Both the position numbers and the translations under genes were made by a program. Shown one piece after another: positions 36,144-46,027 of a stretch of DNA of 64,000 bases. The notes beneath the pieces were generated by a model that worked only from the letters and a program-made list of their open reading frames with translations, made no database searches and was not told where the DNA came from. Position 1 is the stretch's first letter, and each line of letters starts with the position of its first letter. The DNA is from a bacterium (GTDB lineage Bacteria > JAAXHH01): positions 242,743 through 306,742 of the forward strand of contig CBDAUD010000002.1 of NCBI GenBank assembly GCA_965200485.1, given 5' to 3'.

Positions 36144-36842
36144 ATGACCGATTTAAGGGGAATAACCCCGATCAAGGATTGGCCCGAAGACGAAAGACCC
36201 AGAGCGCGGCTGCTCAAGTATGGCATCCATACCCTTTCCGACACGGAATTGATCGCCCTGCTGTTGCGCACGGGCAATGGTACCGGAGGAAAGGACGTCA
36301 TCGGAATCTCGCGGGATCTACTGCAGCATTTCGGAGGGCTGCGCCACCTCGCCGCCCGGGAAATGAGCGAGTTGTGCCAGGTGTCGGGCGTAGGCCCCGT
36401 CAAGGCCGCCCAAATCGCCTCCGCCATCGAAATCGGCCGCCGGCTCGAAGCGCAGGACATGGAACAGAAGTCCTTCGTTTCCAGCTCCGACGTGGCGCGC
36501 TACTTCATGCCGAGACTGCGGGACCTGCGGAAGGAAATCTTCATGGTCCTGATGCTCGACGCGCGCAATTGCCTGATCCGCGGCGTTACCGTGTCGGTGG
36601 GCAGTCTTACGGCGAGCATCGTCCATCCCCGGGAGGTGTTCAAGCCCGCCATTCTGGACTCGGCCGCATCGGTGATCTTCGTACACAACCACCCCAGCGG
36701 AGATCCCACGCCCAGCCAGGACGACCTCAAGATCACGGCGCAGCTCGTCGACGCGGGCCAGATGATCGATATCAAGGTGCTGGATCACATTATCATAGGC
36801 CGAAAATCCTTTACCAGTCTGGCCGGTAAAGGTTTAATTTAG
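36144..36842 (+). CDS. radC: RadC-family JAB/MPN domain protein
   Basis: 232-aa ORF. N-terminal HhH-like region (ELIALLLRTG). JAMM motif VHNHPSGDPTPSQDD. Confidence 0.85.
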   Translation: MTDLRGITPIKDWPEDERPRARLLKYGIHTLSDTELIALLLRTGNGTGGKDVIGISRDLLQHFGGLRHLAAREMSELCQVSGVGPVKAAQIASAIEIGRRLEAQDMEQKSFVSSSDVARYFMPRLRDLRKEIFMVLMLDARNCLIRGVTVSVGSLTASIVHPREVFKPAILDSAASVIFVHNHPSGDPTPSQDDLKITAQLVDAGQMIDIKVLDHIIIGRKSFTSLAGKGLI

Positions 36843-36939
36843 AATTCGACCCGGACCACTCGGGCCGATCGGAATCCGCAGGCCGTCCCGGCCTGCGTCA
36901 CGGAGACTGGTACGCGGCAACGAGGAGTGCAGGCCCAAA

Positions 36940-38056
36940 ATGATGGAACCATCCGAAATCAAGCATGCGCTGGAAGCGTGCCGGAATCAACTGACCTATC
37001 TCTGGAGGGGTCTTTGACATAGCACACAGGCAGGAGGAGACGGTTCGTTTCGAACGCCTCATAGCGGAACCGGACTTCTGGAACAACCAGGCGAAGGCTC
37101 AGGCCATCAGCCGGCAGGCCAGCGACCACAAGAAGATCGTTGATCAATGGAACGGGATGGCAAGCCAGACTGAAGACCTGGAGATGCTCTTTGAAATGGC
37201 TGCCGAGGAGGACGACCGGGACGCCTTCGACGAGATTGCGGAAGGCGTGCTTTCACTGCGGAGTCTGCTGGAAGTCGCGTTGCTGCAGAGCATGCTGTCG
37301 GCCCCCGACGACACGAAGAATGCCATCGTCTCCATCCATCCGGGCGCTGGCGGTACGGAGTCCCAGGACTGGGCCGAGATGCTCATGCGCATGTATCTTC
37401 GCTGGATGGAGTCCCGGAACTACGCCTTCGATACCCTCGACTTGCAGCCGGGCGAGGAAGCCGGGATCAAGAGTGTGTCCATCGAAGTAACCGGTGAATA
37501 CGCATACGGCTACCTGAAAGCGGAAGCGGGTGTCCATCGGCTCGTCCGTATTTCTCCGTTCGACTCGAATCATCGGCGCCATACCTCCTTCGCTTCGGTT
37601 TCCGTGTTGCCCGAAATCGACGACCCCGGCGATATCGATCTCAACGAGACGGATTTGGAAATCGACGTCTATCGGGCAAGCGGCGCCGGTGGACAGCATG
37701 TGAACAAGACCTCGTCTGCCGTGCGAATCACCCACAAGCCGTCCGGCATCGTCGTTCATTGCCAGTCGGAGCGTTCCCAGCACCGCAACCGGGAAAGCGC
37801 CATGAAGGTGCTGATGTCCCGCCTCTACCAGCAGCGTCAGGACGCGCTCCGGGAGAAGCGGGAACGGCTCGAAGGCGACAAGAAGGAGATCGCCTGGGGC
37901 AGTCAGATCCGGTCTTACGTTTTCCACCCCTACACCATGGTCAAAGACCATCGCACCGGCACGGAAATCGGGAATATCCAATCCGTGATGAATGGCGGGA
38001 TCGATCCCTTCATCGAGGATTATCTCCGACAAGGCGATGCGGTGGACGGGACCTAG
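36940..38056 (+). CDS. prfB: Peptide chain release factor 2, expressed via programmed +1 ribosomal frameshift (join 36940..37014, 37016..38056)
   Basis: Frame 0 gives MMEPSEIKHALEACRNQLTYLWRGL then in-frame TGA at 37015-37017. The canonical recoding cassette GGAGG-ggt-CTT-TGA-C is present at 37004-37018. The +1 frame from 37016 (DIAHRQEETVRFERLIAEPDFWNNQAKAQ...) continues into the RF2 body with SPF and GGQ (RASGAGGQHVNKT) motifs. Confidence 0.9.
37004..37018 (+). promoter_or_regulatory. prfB: prfB programmed +1 frameshift cassette (internal SD GGAGG, 3-nt spacer, CTT slippery codon, TGA-C stop context)
   Basis: Sequence ggagg-ggt-ctt-tga-c. Matches the conserved RF2 autoregulatory recoding site architecture. 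Confidence 0.85.
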
Positions 38057-38108
38057 CGCCAAGCCTACGCACGCGCCTTCGCGTCACCTTTCGAGCAGCC
38101 CTTTTTAG

Positions 38109-38137
38109 TTGACATGCGGGTTCGATTCTTCTATATT
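38109..38137 (+). promoter_or_regulatory. Sigma-70-type promoter upstream of lysS (TTGACA, 17-nt spacer, TATATT)
   Basis: ttgaca at 38109-38114, 17-nt spacer, tatatt at 38132-38137. About 100 nt upstream of the lysS ATG, on the coding strand. Confidence 0.5.
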
Positions 38138-38238
38138 GCGGCACCCGTCTAACCGGGTATACCGGCGGTTTTTCGTACCGTCTTCTCGCCACCCTGTCAA
38201 CCATCCCCTACCGCCCAAAACAACCTTCGGAGCAACGG

Positions 38239-39843
38239 GTGAACGGCCCGAACGATTCAAACCGGCAAAGACGCAACAAGCTCGACGAGATCCGCGCACG
38301 CGGCATCGAACCGTACCCTGCCCGCTACGACGTAACCCATCCCGCCGGGACCATACTCGACCAGGCCGAGGACCTGATCGAATCCGCCGCGCCGGTCACG
38401 GTGGCCGGACGGGTGCTCTCCAAGCGGAGTCATGGCAAATCCGGTTTTGCCCATCTGCTCGATCGAACCGCCCGGATCCAGATCTACGTCCGTCTCGACC
38501 GGATCGGCTCCGAAGCATACGAGATCTACGACCAGTTGATCGAGGTTGGTGATTTTCTGGGTGTGGAGGGTTCCGTCTTCAGAACCCGGACCGGCGAGAT
38601 TACCGTCATGGCGGACGCATTGCAGCTGCTTTCCAAGTCCCTGCGCGCCCTGCCCGAAAAATGGCACGGTCTGCGGGACATCGAAACCCGCTACCGTCAG
38701 CGCTACGTGGATCTGATCATCAACGACGGCGTCAAAGAGGTGTTCCTCAAGCGGTCGCGGCTCATCCGATCCATCCAGCGTTTCATGGATGGCGAGGGAT
38801 TCGTCGAGGTCGAAACTCCGATCCTCCAGCCCCTGTACGGCGGCGCGCTGGCCAGGCCCTTCAGAACCCACCATCAGGCTCTGGACATGCCCCTCTTCAT
38901 GCGAATCGCCGATGAACTCTATCTCAAGCGACTGGTCGTCGGCGGGATGGAACGCGTGTACGAAATCGGCCACGACTTCCGAAACGAAGGTATCGATCGT
39001 ACCCACAATCCCGAGTTCACGATGCTGGAGTTCTACATTGCCTACGTGGATTACCGGTACATCATGGACTTGGTGGAGCGCCTCCTTGTCCAGGTCTTCC
39101 AGGAAATCAACGGCACGTTGCATCACACGTACCAGGACCGGGAAATCGACATGACCCCGCCTTGGCCGAGACTGTCCATGCTGGATGCCATACGCGAGCA
39201 CACCGGGATCGACGTCTCCGCCATGGCCGCCGAAGAACTCGCGGCCGTATGTGCTGAAAGGGGACTGGACGCAAGGGTCGAACTGGGCAGGGGCAAGATG
39301 ATCGACGAGCTCTTCGAGCGATTCGTGCAGGATCACCTGATCAATCCGGTCTTTATTACCGATTATCCCGTGGAAATATCCCCGCTGGCGAAGAGGCACC
39401 GGGAGAACCCCGAACTCACCGAACGATTCGAACTGTTCATCTGCGGCAGTGAATTCGCCAACGCGTTCTCCGAGTTGAACGACCCGGTGGACCAGCGCCG
39501 CCGGTTCGAGGAGCAGGCGGAATTGCAGCGCAGGGGCGACGGGGAAGCCCACACCATGGACGAGGACTTCCTGCGGGCGATGGAGTACGGCATGCCGCCC
39601 ACCGGAGGCTGCGGCATCGGAGTCGATCGGTTGGCGATGCTGATTACGGACTCCTCGAATATCAAGGACGTCCTGCTCTTTCCGCATCTGCGCAGGGAAT
39701 CATTCGACGGCGAAGCCACCGGCGCTGCCGGGCCGGACGGGGCTTGCGGACCGGATGATCCGGACCCGGGCGCAGACGAGGAGGCCGGTGTGGAAGAAAC
39801 GCCCGTCGGGCGCGCCGGAGGGGAAGACGAGGTGACCATATAG
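38239..39843 (+). CDS. lysS: Lysine--tRNA ligase (class II)
   Basis: 534-aa ORF. N-terminal OB anticodon-binding domain. Class II motifs (FRNEG; GGCGIGVDRLAMLITD). C-terminal acidic/Gly-rich extension. Confidence 0.9.
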   Translation: MNGPNDSNRQRRNKLDEIRARGIEPYPARYDVTHPAGTILDQAEDLIESAAPVTVAGRVLSKRSHGKSGFAHLLDRTARIQIYVRLDRIGSEAYEIYDQLIEVGDFLGVEGSVFRTRTGEITVMADALQLLSKSLRALPEKWHGLRDIETRYRQRYVDLIINDGVKEVFLKRSRLIRSIQRFMDGEGFVEVETPILQPLYGGALARPFRTHHQALDMPLFMRIADELYLKRLVVGGMERVYEIGHDFRNEGIDRTHNPEFTMLEFYIAYVDYRYIMDLVERLLVQVFQEINGTLHHTYQDREIDMTPPWPRLSMLDAIREHTGIDVSAMAAEELAAVCAERGLDARVELGRGKMIDELFERFVQDHLINPVFITDYPVEISPLAKRHRENPELTERFELFICGSEFANAFSELNDPVDQRRRFEEQAELQRRGDGEAHTMDEDFLRAMEYGMPPTGGCGIGVDRLAMLITDSSNIKDVLLFPHLRRESFDGEATGAAGPDGACGPDDPDPGADEEAGVEETPVGRAGGEDEVTI

Positions 39844-39848
39844 CCCGC

Positions 39849-41183
39849 ATGCCGACGGCACTGCGCAAACGCTGGTCGTACGAGTGGTTCATCGCCCTGA
39901 GGTATCTGCGCTCCAAGCGACAGACCCGTTTCGTCTCCATCATCACGTATATTTCCGTCGGTGGCGTGCTGGTGGGCGTGGCCGCTCTGGTCATCGTCCT
40001 GTCGCTGTTCAACGGCTTCGAGAGCGAAGTGCGGGAACGCATCATCGGCGAGCGGGCGCATGTAAACGTGTACGCGCTGACCGGGGACGGTTCCATTTCC
40101 GGGTACGATGCGCTGATCGATGTCATCCTGTCGGTGGACGAAGTGGTCTCCGCCGCCCCCTATGTCCAGGAGAAGGCCGTTTGCACGCCAATCCCCCCTA
40201 CCCGTAATGCGGCGGCGGGCGTCATCGTGCACGGACTGGATGCAGCATCCGGCCGCCTGTCCACCAACCTCGAGAAGAACATCGTCTTCGGAACCATGGA
40301 TCTGACGAGCGTCCCCGATCCGGACAACCCGGCGGGGCCGCCGCTGCCCGGTATCGTCCTGGGCAGGGGATTGGCCGATCAACTCGGGATCATCGTGGGA
40401 GAAAAGGTGGCCCTGGGCAATATCCAGAGTTTTTCCCTGACCTCGGCGATCACCCCCTATATCCGGCCCTACCGCGTCACCGGCCTTTCCGAAACAGGCT
40501 TCTACGAATACGACGCCACCTCCGCGTACGTCTCCCTGACCGAGGCACAGAAGCTGTTCAAGCTCGGGGAGGATGTAAACGGTATCGCGGTGCGGGTTTC
40601 GGACCGGGACGAGGCACGGCGCGTCGCCGACGCAATAGAAGCGGACCTCAATCGGTACGCGGAGGAGACGGCCGATTCCGATGTTGCGTCAAACCCCTCC
40701 GTAGCGTACTTTACGATTGACTGGATGCAGCGGCACAAAGGGCTGTTCCGGTGGATGACCCTCGAGAAATGGGGTTCTTTCGCCATACTCAACCTGATCA
40801 TTCTGGTGGCCGCGTTCAATATCGCCAGCACCCTGATCATGGTCGTGCTGGAGAAAACCAGGGATATCGGGATTCTGAAATCCATGGGGGCTACGGCCGG
40901 GAGCGTAACCAGGGTGTTTATCATCCAGGGCTCGGTGGTCGGCGTCTTCGGCACCCTGCTCGGTTGCATACTCGGCTATGGGCTCTGCTGGATGCAGATC
41001 ACGTTTGCGTTCATCTCCCTGCCGCCGGAGATCTATCTGATCGATGTGCTGCCCGTAAGGGTAAGCCTGGGTGATTTCGTCAGCGTTGCCGCGGGTTCCA
41101 TGCTGATTTGCATGCTTGCGGCCGTTTATCCGGCCAGAAAGGCTGCCGGACTGGTACCGGTTGAAGCGATAAGACATGAGTAG
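39849..41183 (+). CDS. lolC: Lipoprotein-release ABC transporter permease (LolC/LolE, FtsX-like)
   Basis: 444-aa ORF. N-terminal TM, large periplasmic MacB-like domain, C-terminal FtsX 3-TM bundle (ILKSMGAT..., VYPARKAA). Confidence 0.85.
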   Translation: MPTALRKRWSYEWFIALRYLRSKRQTRFVSIITYISVGGVLVGVAALVIVLSLFNGFESEVRERIIGERAHVNVYALTGDGSISGYDALIDVILSVDEVVSAAPYVQEKAVCTPIPPTRNAAAGVIVHGLDAASGRLSTNLEKNIVFGTMDLTSVPDPDNPAGPPLPGIVLGRGLADQLGIIVGEKVALGNIQSFSLTSAITPYIRPYRVTGLSETGFYEYDATSAYVSLTEAQKLFKLGEDVNGIAVRVSDRDEARRVADAIEADLNRYAEETADSDVASNPSVAYFTIDWMQRHKGLFRWMTLEKWGSFAILNLIILVAAFNIASTLIMVVLEKTRDIGILKSMGATAGSVTRVFIIQGSVVGVFGTLLGCILGYGLCWMQITFAFISLPPEIYLIDVLPVRVSLGDFVSVAAGSMLICMLAAVYPARKAAGLVPVEAIRHE

Positions 41184-41961
41184 CGCAGCGTCCCGGCAAC
41201 AAAGGGCGTCCTCCGATGGCCCGGCTACGGCCGCTATGTCAACCGAACGGCACGGGGCGTCCTCCACCGAAGCGGTGTTGCGCGCAAGGGGATTGACCCG
41301 GTGTTTCTCTTCGGGTGCGGGACGGCTCGAGATACTGAAGGGCATCGACATGGACGTCCGCCGCGGGGAAATCGTGGCAATTCAAGGTGCATCGGGTGCG
41401 GGCAAGAGTACGCTGCTCCATATCCTCGGGACGCTGGACCGGCCCACCTCCGGCCAGCTCTTCATTGGAGAAACGAACGTCTTTGCACTGCCGGAGGACG
41501 GACTTGCCGAGTGCCGGAATCGCACCGTGGGTTTCGTGTTTCAGGCACATCGCCTGCTCCCGGAGTTCACGGCCCTTGAGAACGTGATGATGCCGCTGCT
41601 GGTGGGAAAATGTCCGTGGGATTCGGCCCGCGAGCGGGCCCAGGGCCTGCTGGGGGAGGCGGGATTGGGGAAGCGCCTCGACCACAAGCCGGCGGAGCTG
41701 TCCGGCGGAGAGCAGCAGCGCGTCGCCGTGACCAGGGCGCTGGTCGGCCGTCCGCATGTCGTGCTGGCGGACGAACCCTCCGGCAATCTGGACCGGGAGA
41801 CCGGGCGGTCTCTGCTGGACATGATGTGGGAGATGTCCCGGCAGTATCGCCAGGCGCTTGTCGTGGTCACGCACGACGAGGAGATCGGTCGCCGGTCGGA
41901 TAGGATCTGCCGCCTGGAGGACGGCCTGCTGAAGGCGGTGGCGCCCGGGGAGCGCAGATGA
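41176..41961 (+). CDS. lolD: Lipoprotein-release ABC transporter ATP-binding protein
   Basis: Walker A GASGAGKST. ABC signature LSGGEQQR. Walker B VVLADEP. Overlaps the lolC stop. N-terminal about 40-aa Ser/Ala-rich extension (true start may be internal). Confidence 0.85.
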   Translation: MSSAASRQQRASSDGPATAAMSTERHGASSTEAVLRARGLTRCFSSGAGRLEILKGIDMDVRRGEIVAIQGASGAGKSTLLHILGTLDRPTSGQLFIGETNVFALPEDGLAECRNRTVGFVFQAHRLLPEFTALENVMMPLLVGKCPWDSARERAQGLLGEAGLGKRLDHKPAELSGGEQQRVAVTRALVGRPHVVLADEPSGNLDRETGRSLLDMMWEMSRQYRQALVVVTHDEEIGRRSDRICRLEDGLLKAVAPGERR

Positions 41962-42281
41962 ACGCGACCGCCTGTCCGCAATGCGGCCTGTCGGCTGGCG
42001 AATTCGGCAAATCGGGCCAGCTGGGATGTGCCGCGTGCTACCGCGCTTTCAGGGGCACGCTGGTACCGCTTTTCAAACAGATTCACGGCTACGCGTATCA
42101 TCAAGGCAAGATTCCGGAATCCGATCCGTCGCGTCAGGAGACGCGACGCGCGCTGATCGACCTCAGACGCGCATTGAAAAAGGCGGTCGGCCAGGAAGCC
42201 TACGAACAGGCGGCGAAGCTGCGGGACCGAATAAACGAACTGGAACGCCGTCCGAAATCGCATCGGGCGATGCATGGATGA
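41958..42281 (+). CDS. mcsA: Protein-arginine kinase activator McsA-like (zinc-ribbon plus UVR domain)
   Basis: 107-aa ORF. CPQCG...CAACY zinc ribbon. C-terminal UvrB/C-like helix (QEAYEQAAKLRDRINELE). Start overlaps the lolD stop (ATGA) and the stop overlaps the mcsB start. Confidence 0.7.
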   Translation: MNATACPQCGLSAGEFGKSGQLGCAACYRAFRGTLVPLFKQIHGYAYHQGKIPESDPSRQETRRALIDLRRALKKAVGQEAYEQAAKLRDRINELERRPKSHRAMHG

Positions 42282-43341
42282 AAACGTGGAAAATCCGTAT
42301 CCGGACCTGGCGGGCAAGGTGCCGCAGTGGTGCGAGCCCAAGGGCGAAGCAGCCGAGTTGGTCATCAGCAGCCGTGCCCGTCTGGCCCGCAACCTCACTA
42401 CACTGCCCTTTGTCCATCGCACGATAAAGAACGAGCGATCCCGCGTGATCGAACAGGTGGACCGGGCCGTGCGGGCTTGCGGCGATGGGACGCAGGCCGT
42501 TTATCTGCCGTTGCCGGCCAGTCCGAAGCTGGACCACAAAGTGCTGGTCGAACGGCGTCTGATCAGTCCGGCTCTGGCGGGCAGCCCACGTCCCGCCGGC
42601 GTTTTCGTCGGTGCCGGCGAAACCTACAGTGTCATGGTCAACGAGGAAGACCATCTGCGGATTCAGGCCATCAGGGGCGGTCTGCAGGTGCACGCCGCAT
42701 GGCGGGAAGCGGACAAAATCGATACCGAACTGGGTAAAACACTTGATTTTGCCTTCTCGGAGGAGTTTGGTTACCTAACAACCTGTCCGAGCAACGCGGG
42801 CACCGGCATGCGCCTGTCCGTGCTGGTCCACCTGCCCGGGCTGACCCTTGCGGACCAGATGGGTCATCTGATTCGCGCCATGGAAGAGATCGGATTCACC
42901 GTGCGCGGCCTGCACGGCGAAGGTACCGGTGGGTCGGGAAACATGTACCAGGTATCGAACCAGGGGACCCTGGGACATACCGAACAGGAGATCGTCGAGC
43001 GGCTCGACCGGGTGGCCCGGAGGCTGGCGCAGTACGAAAGGCGGGCCGGCGACGCGTTGCTCGACCAGGCGAGACGGCAGACCGAAGACCGGGTAGCCCG
43101 GTCCTATGGTCTGCTGAAGCATGCCCGTCTGCTGACCGAGGAAGAAGCCCTGGATGCCCTTTCCATGCTGAGAATGGGCGCGTACCTGGGCCTTCTGGAT
43201 GGCATGGAACCGATGCTTTTCAATCGTTTGCTGATATCGATGCAGCCAGCCCATGTGCGTATGGAATCCGGCCGTTCCCTGACCGGCGAGGAACTGGACG
43301 AACGGCGCGCCGAGCTGGTTCGCGAAACCATGGAAAACTGA
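42274..43341 (+). CDS. mcsB: Protein arginine kinase McsB (ATP:guanido phosphotransferase family)
   Basis: 355-aa ORF. Phosphagen-kinase catalytic core (SEEFGYLTTCPSNAGTGMRLSV, the CP(S/T)N(L/I)GT guanidino-kinase signature) and ...HGEGTGGSGNMYQVSNQ.... Confidence 0.85.
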   Translation: MDENVENPYPDLAGKVPQWCEPKGEAAELVISSRARLARNLTTLPFVHRTIKNERSRVIEQVDRAVRACGDGTQAVYLPLPASPKLDHKVLVERRLISPALAGSPRPAGVFVGAGETYSVMVNEEDHLRIQAIRGGLQVHAAWREADKIDTELGKTLDFAFSEEFGYLTTCPSNAGTGMRLSVLVHLPGLTLADQMGHLIRAMEEIGFTVRGLHGEGTGGSGNMYQVSNQGTLGHTEQEIVERLDRVARRLAQYERRAGDALLDQARRQTEDRVARSYGLLKHARLLTEEEALDALSMLRMGAYLGLLDGMEPMLFNRLLISMQPAHVRMESGRSLTGEELDERRAELVRETMEN

Positions 43342-43405
43342 AGATCGCCCGATGAAGCACTGCCGGGATCTCCAAACCCGGTTTGCGAAGGGAGGGATGC
43401 GCAAG

Positions 43406-45877
43406 ATGCCCCAGGGAAACAACAAATTCACGGAACGGTTCAAGCGGGTCATGCACATCGCCCGAGAAGAAGCCGCCAGACTGCAACACGACTACATCGC
43501 CACGGAGCACCTGCTGCTGGCCTTCATCCGGGACGGCGAGGGGACCGCGGCGGCCATGCTGCGCAACATGGGCATCGATCTTGAAGACCTCAGGCAGTCC
43601 ATCGAAGAGGCCACGGTATCCCAGTCCAGCGCGCTGACCATCGGCCAGGTGCCTTTCACCCCGAGGGCGAAGCAGGCTCTGGAAATCGCCGCCCACGAAG
43701 CAAACAACATGAAGTCGAAGTATGTGGGTACCGAACACCTCCTGCTCGCGCTGGTGCGGGACAAGCAGGGCATCGCGTCCCAGATTCTGTCGACCTACGA
43801 CGTAACCTTCGAAAAGATCAAGGAAGAGATCCAGAATATCCAGAGCGACCGTTCCGTCACGAAGAAGGACGCGCAGCGCAGCCGGACCCCCTTTCTCGAC
43901 CACTTCGGCCGCGATCTCACCGAGATGGCGCGCGGAGGCAAGCTGGATCCGGTCATCGGCCGCGACAAGGAAATCGAGCGTGTCACGCAGGTTCTGAGCC
44001 GCCGCAAGAAGAACAACCCGGCCCTGATCGGAGAACCGGGTGTCGGCAAGACCGCCATCGCCGAGGGCCTCGCGCAGCGTATCGTGCAGCGCAACGTGCC
44101 CCAGATTCTGGAAAACAAGCGGGTGGTTACCCTCGACATGGCGTCCATCGTGGCCGGCACCAAGTACCGGGGACAATTCGAGGATCGCCTGAAGTCCATT
44201 ATGACCGAAATCATCAAGTCGGATGAAGTGATCATCTTCATCGACGAACTGCATTCGATCGTCGGCGCGGGCGGCGCAGAGGGCAGTCTCGACGCCTCCA
44301 ATATCTTCAAGCCGGCCCTCGCCCGGGGCGAATTGCAATGCATCGGCGCTACGACGCTCGACGAGTATCGCAAGCATATCGAGAAAGACGGCGCGCTCGA
44401 GCGCCGTTTCCAGAAGGTGATCGTCGATCAGCCGAGTATCGAAGAAACCTTCGACATGCTCAAGGGCCTGCGCGGCCGGTTCGAGGAATACCACCACGTG
44501 AAGTACACCGACGATGCGCTCGAGTTTGCGGTAAAGCAGTCCGACCGGTACATCAAGGATCGTTTCCTGCCGGACAAGGCCATCGACATCATCGACGAGG
44601 CGGGCTCCAAGGCGCAGCTCTCCAAGATGACGGTCCCGGGCGAAATCAGGGAGGTGGAGGAAAAACTCCAGACCATCCAGGACAAGAAGGTGGAAGCCGC
44701 CCAGCAGCAGGAATTCGAACGGGCAGCGGCGCTGAGGGACCGCCAGGAAGAGGTGCAGCGCGAGTACGACGAGGCTTTCATGGCCTGGCGCAAGCGGGTG
44801 ACCGACGAGGTGGTGGTGGTCACGGAAAGCGACATGGCGCAGATCATCTCCAGCATGACGGGTATTCCCATCTTCCGGCTCGAAGAGCAGGAATCCAGGA
44901 GCCTCCTGCGGATGGAGGACACCCTCAGAAAGCGGGTCATCGGACAGGACATGGCCATCCAGGTGTTGAGCAAGGCCATCCGGCGCTCGCGCTCCGGTCT
45001 GAAGAATCCCGACCGTCCCATCGGTTCTTTCCTGTTTCTGGGACCCACCGGCGTGGGCAAGACGGAACTGGCCAAGATCCTGGCTTCCTTTCTCTTCCAG
45101 GACGACGACTCCCTGATCTTCATCGACATGTCCGAGTACATGGAGAAATTCAACGTGTCGCGCCTGATCGGAGCGCCTCCGGGATACGTAGGATTCAACG
45201 AAGGCGGTCACCTTTCGGAGAAAGTGCGGCGCAAACCCTATTCCGTTATTCTGCTCGACGAAGTGGAGAAGGCGCATCCGGACGTATTCAACATCCTGCT
45301 GCAGATCCTGGACGAAGGGACGCTGACCGACAGCAACGGTCGCCGGGTGGACTTCCGGAATACCATCATCATCATGACGTCGAACCTGGGTACCCGGGAC
45401 ATCAACAAGGCCGGCGGGCTTGGTTTCCAGCAGGAAGGGACCCGGGTCGACTATGCCAAGATGGAGGCAACGGTCAAAGAGGAGATGAAACGCCTCTTCA
45501 ATCCGGAGTTTCTGAACCGGCTCGACGAGGCGGTGGTGTTCCGTCAGCTGAATCGGTCCGATATCTCCCGGATCATCGATCTCCAGCTAAGGGAAATCAA
45601 CGACAGGATGGCCGAACGCGGCATCACGATCTCGCTTACGCAGAGCGCCCGGGAACTGCTCTCCGAAAAAGGCTATGATCCGGTATACAACGCCCGGTTC
45701 ATGAACCAGACCATTCAGCGCATGCTCGAGGATCCGCTTGCCGAGGAGCTGCTGAAAGGCAAGTTTCACGACGGCGACGAAATCAGGGTCGGCAAAAAGG
45801 GAGAAAACCTGACGTTCTACAAGGCCGCAAACTCGGATTCCGACAAGACCCCCGTACTTTCCGAATCAGGAGCCTGA
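43406..45877 (+). CDS. clpC: ATP-dependent Clp protease ATP-binding subunit ClpC (class I AAA+ with N-terminal Clp repeats and UVR linker)
   Basis: Start at ATG 43406 ([15 protein letters not shown]...). Two Clp-N repeats. NBD1 [11 protein letters not shown] motif. NBD2 GPTGVGKTE. ClpP-binding loop. Confidence 0.9.
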   Translation: MPQGNNKFTERFKRVMHIAREEAARLQHDYIATEHLLLAFIRDGEGTAAAMLRNMGIDLEDLRQSIEEATVSQSSALTIGQVPFTPRAKQALEIAAHEANNMKSKYVGTEHLLLALVRDKQGIASQILSTYDVTFEKIKEEIQNIQSDRSVTKKDAQRSRTPFLDHFGRDLTEMARGGKLDPVIGRDKEIERVTQVLSRRKKNNPALIGEPGVGKTAIAEGLAQRIVQRNVPQILENKRVVTLDMASIVAGTKYRGQFEDRLKSIMTEIIKSDEVIIFIDELHSIVGAGGAEGSLDASNIFKPALARGELQCIGATTLDEYRKHIEKDGALERRFQKVIVDQPSIEETFDMLKGLRGRFEEYHHVKYTDDALEFAVKQSDRYIKDRFLPDKAIDIIDEAGSKAQLSKMTVPGEIREVEEKLQTIQDKKVEAAQQQEFERAAALRDRQEEVQREYDEAFMAWRKRVTDEVVVVTESDMAQIISSMTGIPIFRLEEQESRSLLRMEDTLRKRVIGQDMAIQVLSKAIRRSRSGLKNPDRPIGSFLFLGPTGVGKTELAKILASFLFQDDDSLIFIDMSEYMEKFNVSRLIGAPPGYVGFNEGGHLSEKVRRKPYSVILLDEVEKAHPDVFNILLQILDEGTLTDSNGRRVDFRNTIIIMTSNLGTRDINKAGGLGFQQEGTRVDYAKMEATVKEEMKRLFNPEFLNRLDEAVVFRQLNRSDISRIIDLQLREINDRMAERGITISLTQSARELLSEKGYDPVYNARFMNQTIQRMLEDPLAEELLKGKFHDGDEIRVGKKGENLTFYKAANSDSDKTPVLSESGA

Positions 45878-46027
45878 AGACGCGGTTCGGAGGTACCGGC
45901 GCCGCGGCAAGCCGGACCGTTGGAGGGAACCCGACGATCATACGCGCGTAAAATCGACCGTTGCCCTCTGCGTGTCGTTCGCGTCGTCAAGCCATGTTGA
46001 TACCCGTGTGGACGGAAAGCGGTCTCT

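Noticed and set aside
38076-38105. Putative intrinsic terminator after prfB (acgcg-cctt-cgcgt hairpin and a downstream cttttt run)
   Set aside because: Stem is only 5 bp and the T-run is separated from it by about 20 nt. Does not meet the canonical hairpin-plus-U-tract geometry.
38116-38131. tRNA T-arm-like string gggttcgattc
   Set aside because: Sits inside the 17-nt spacer of the lysS promoter. No complementary T-stem, acceptor stem or anticodon arm can be folded around it. Not a tRNA.
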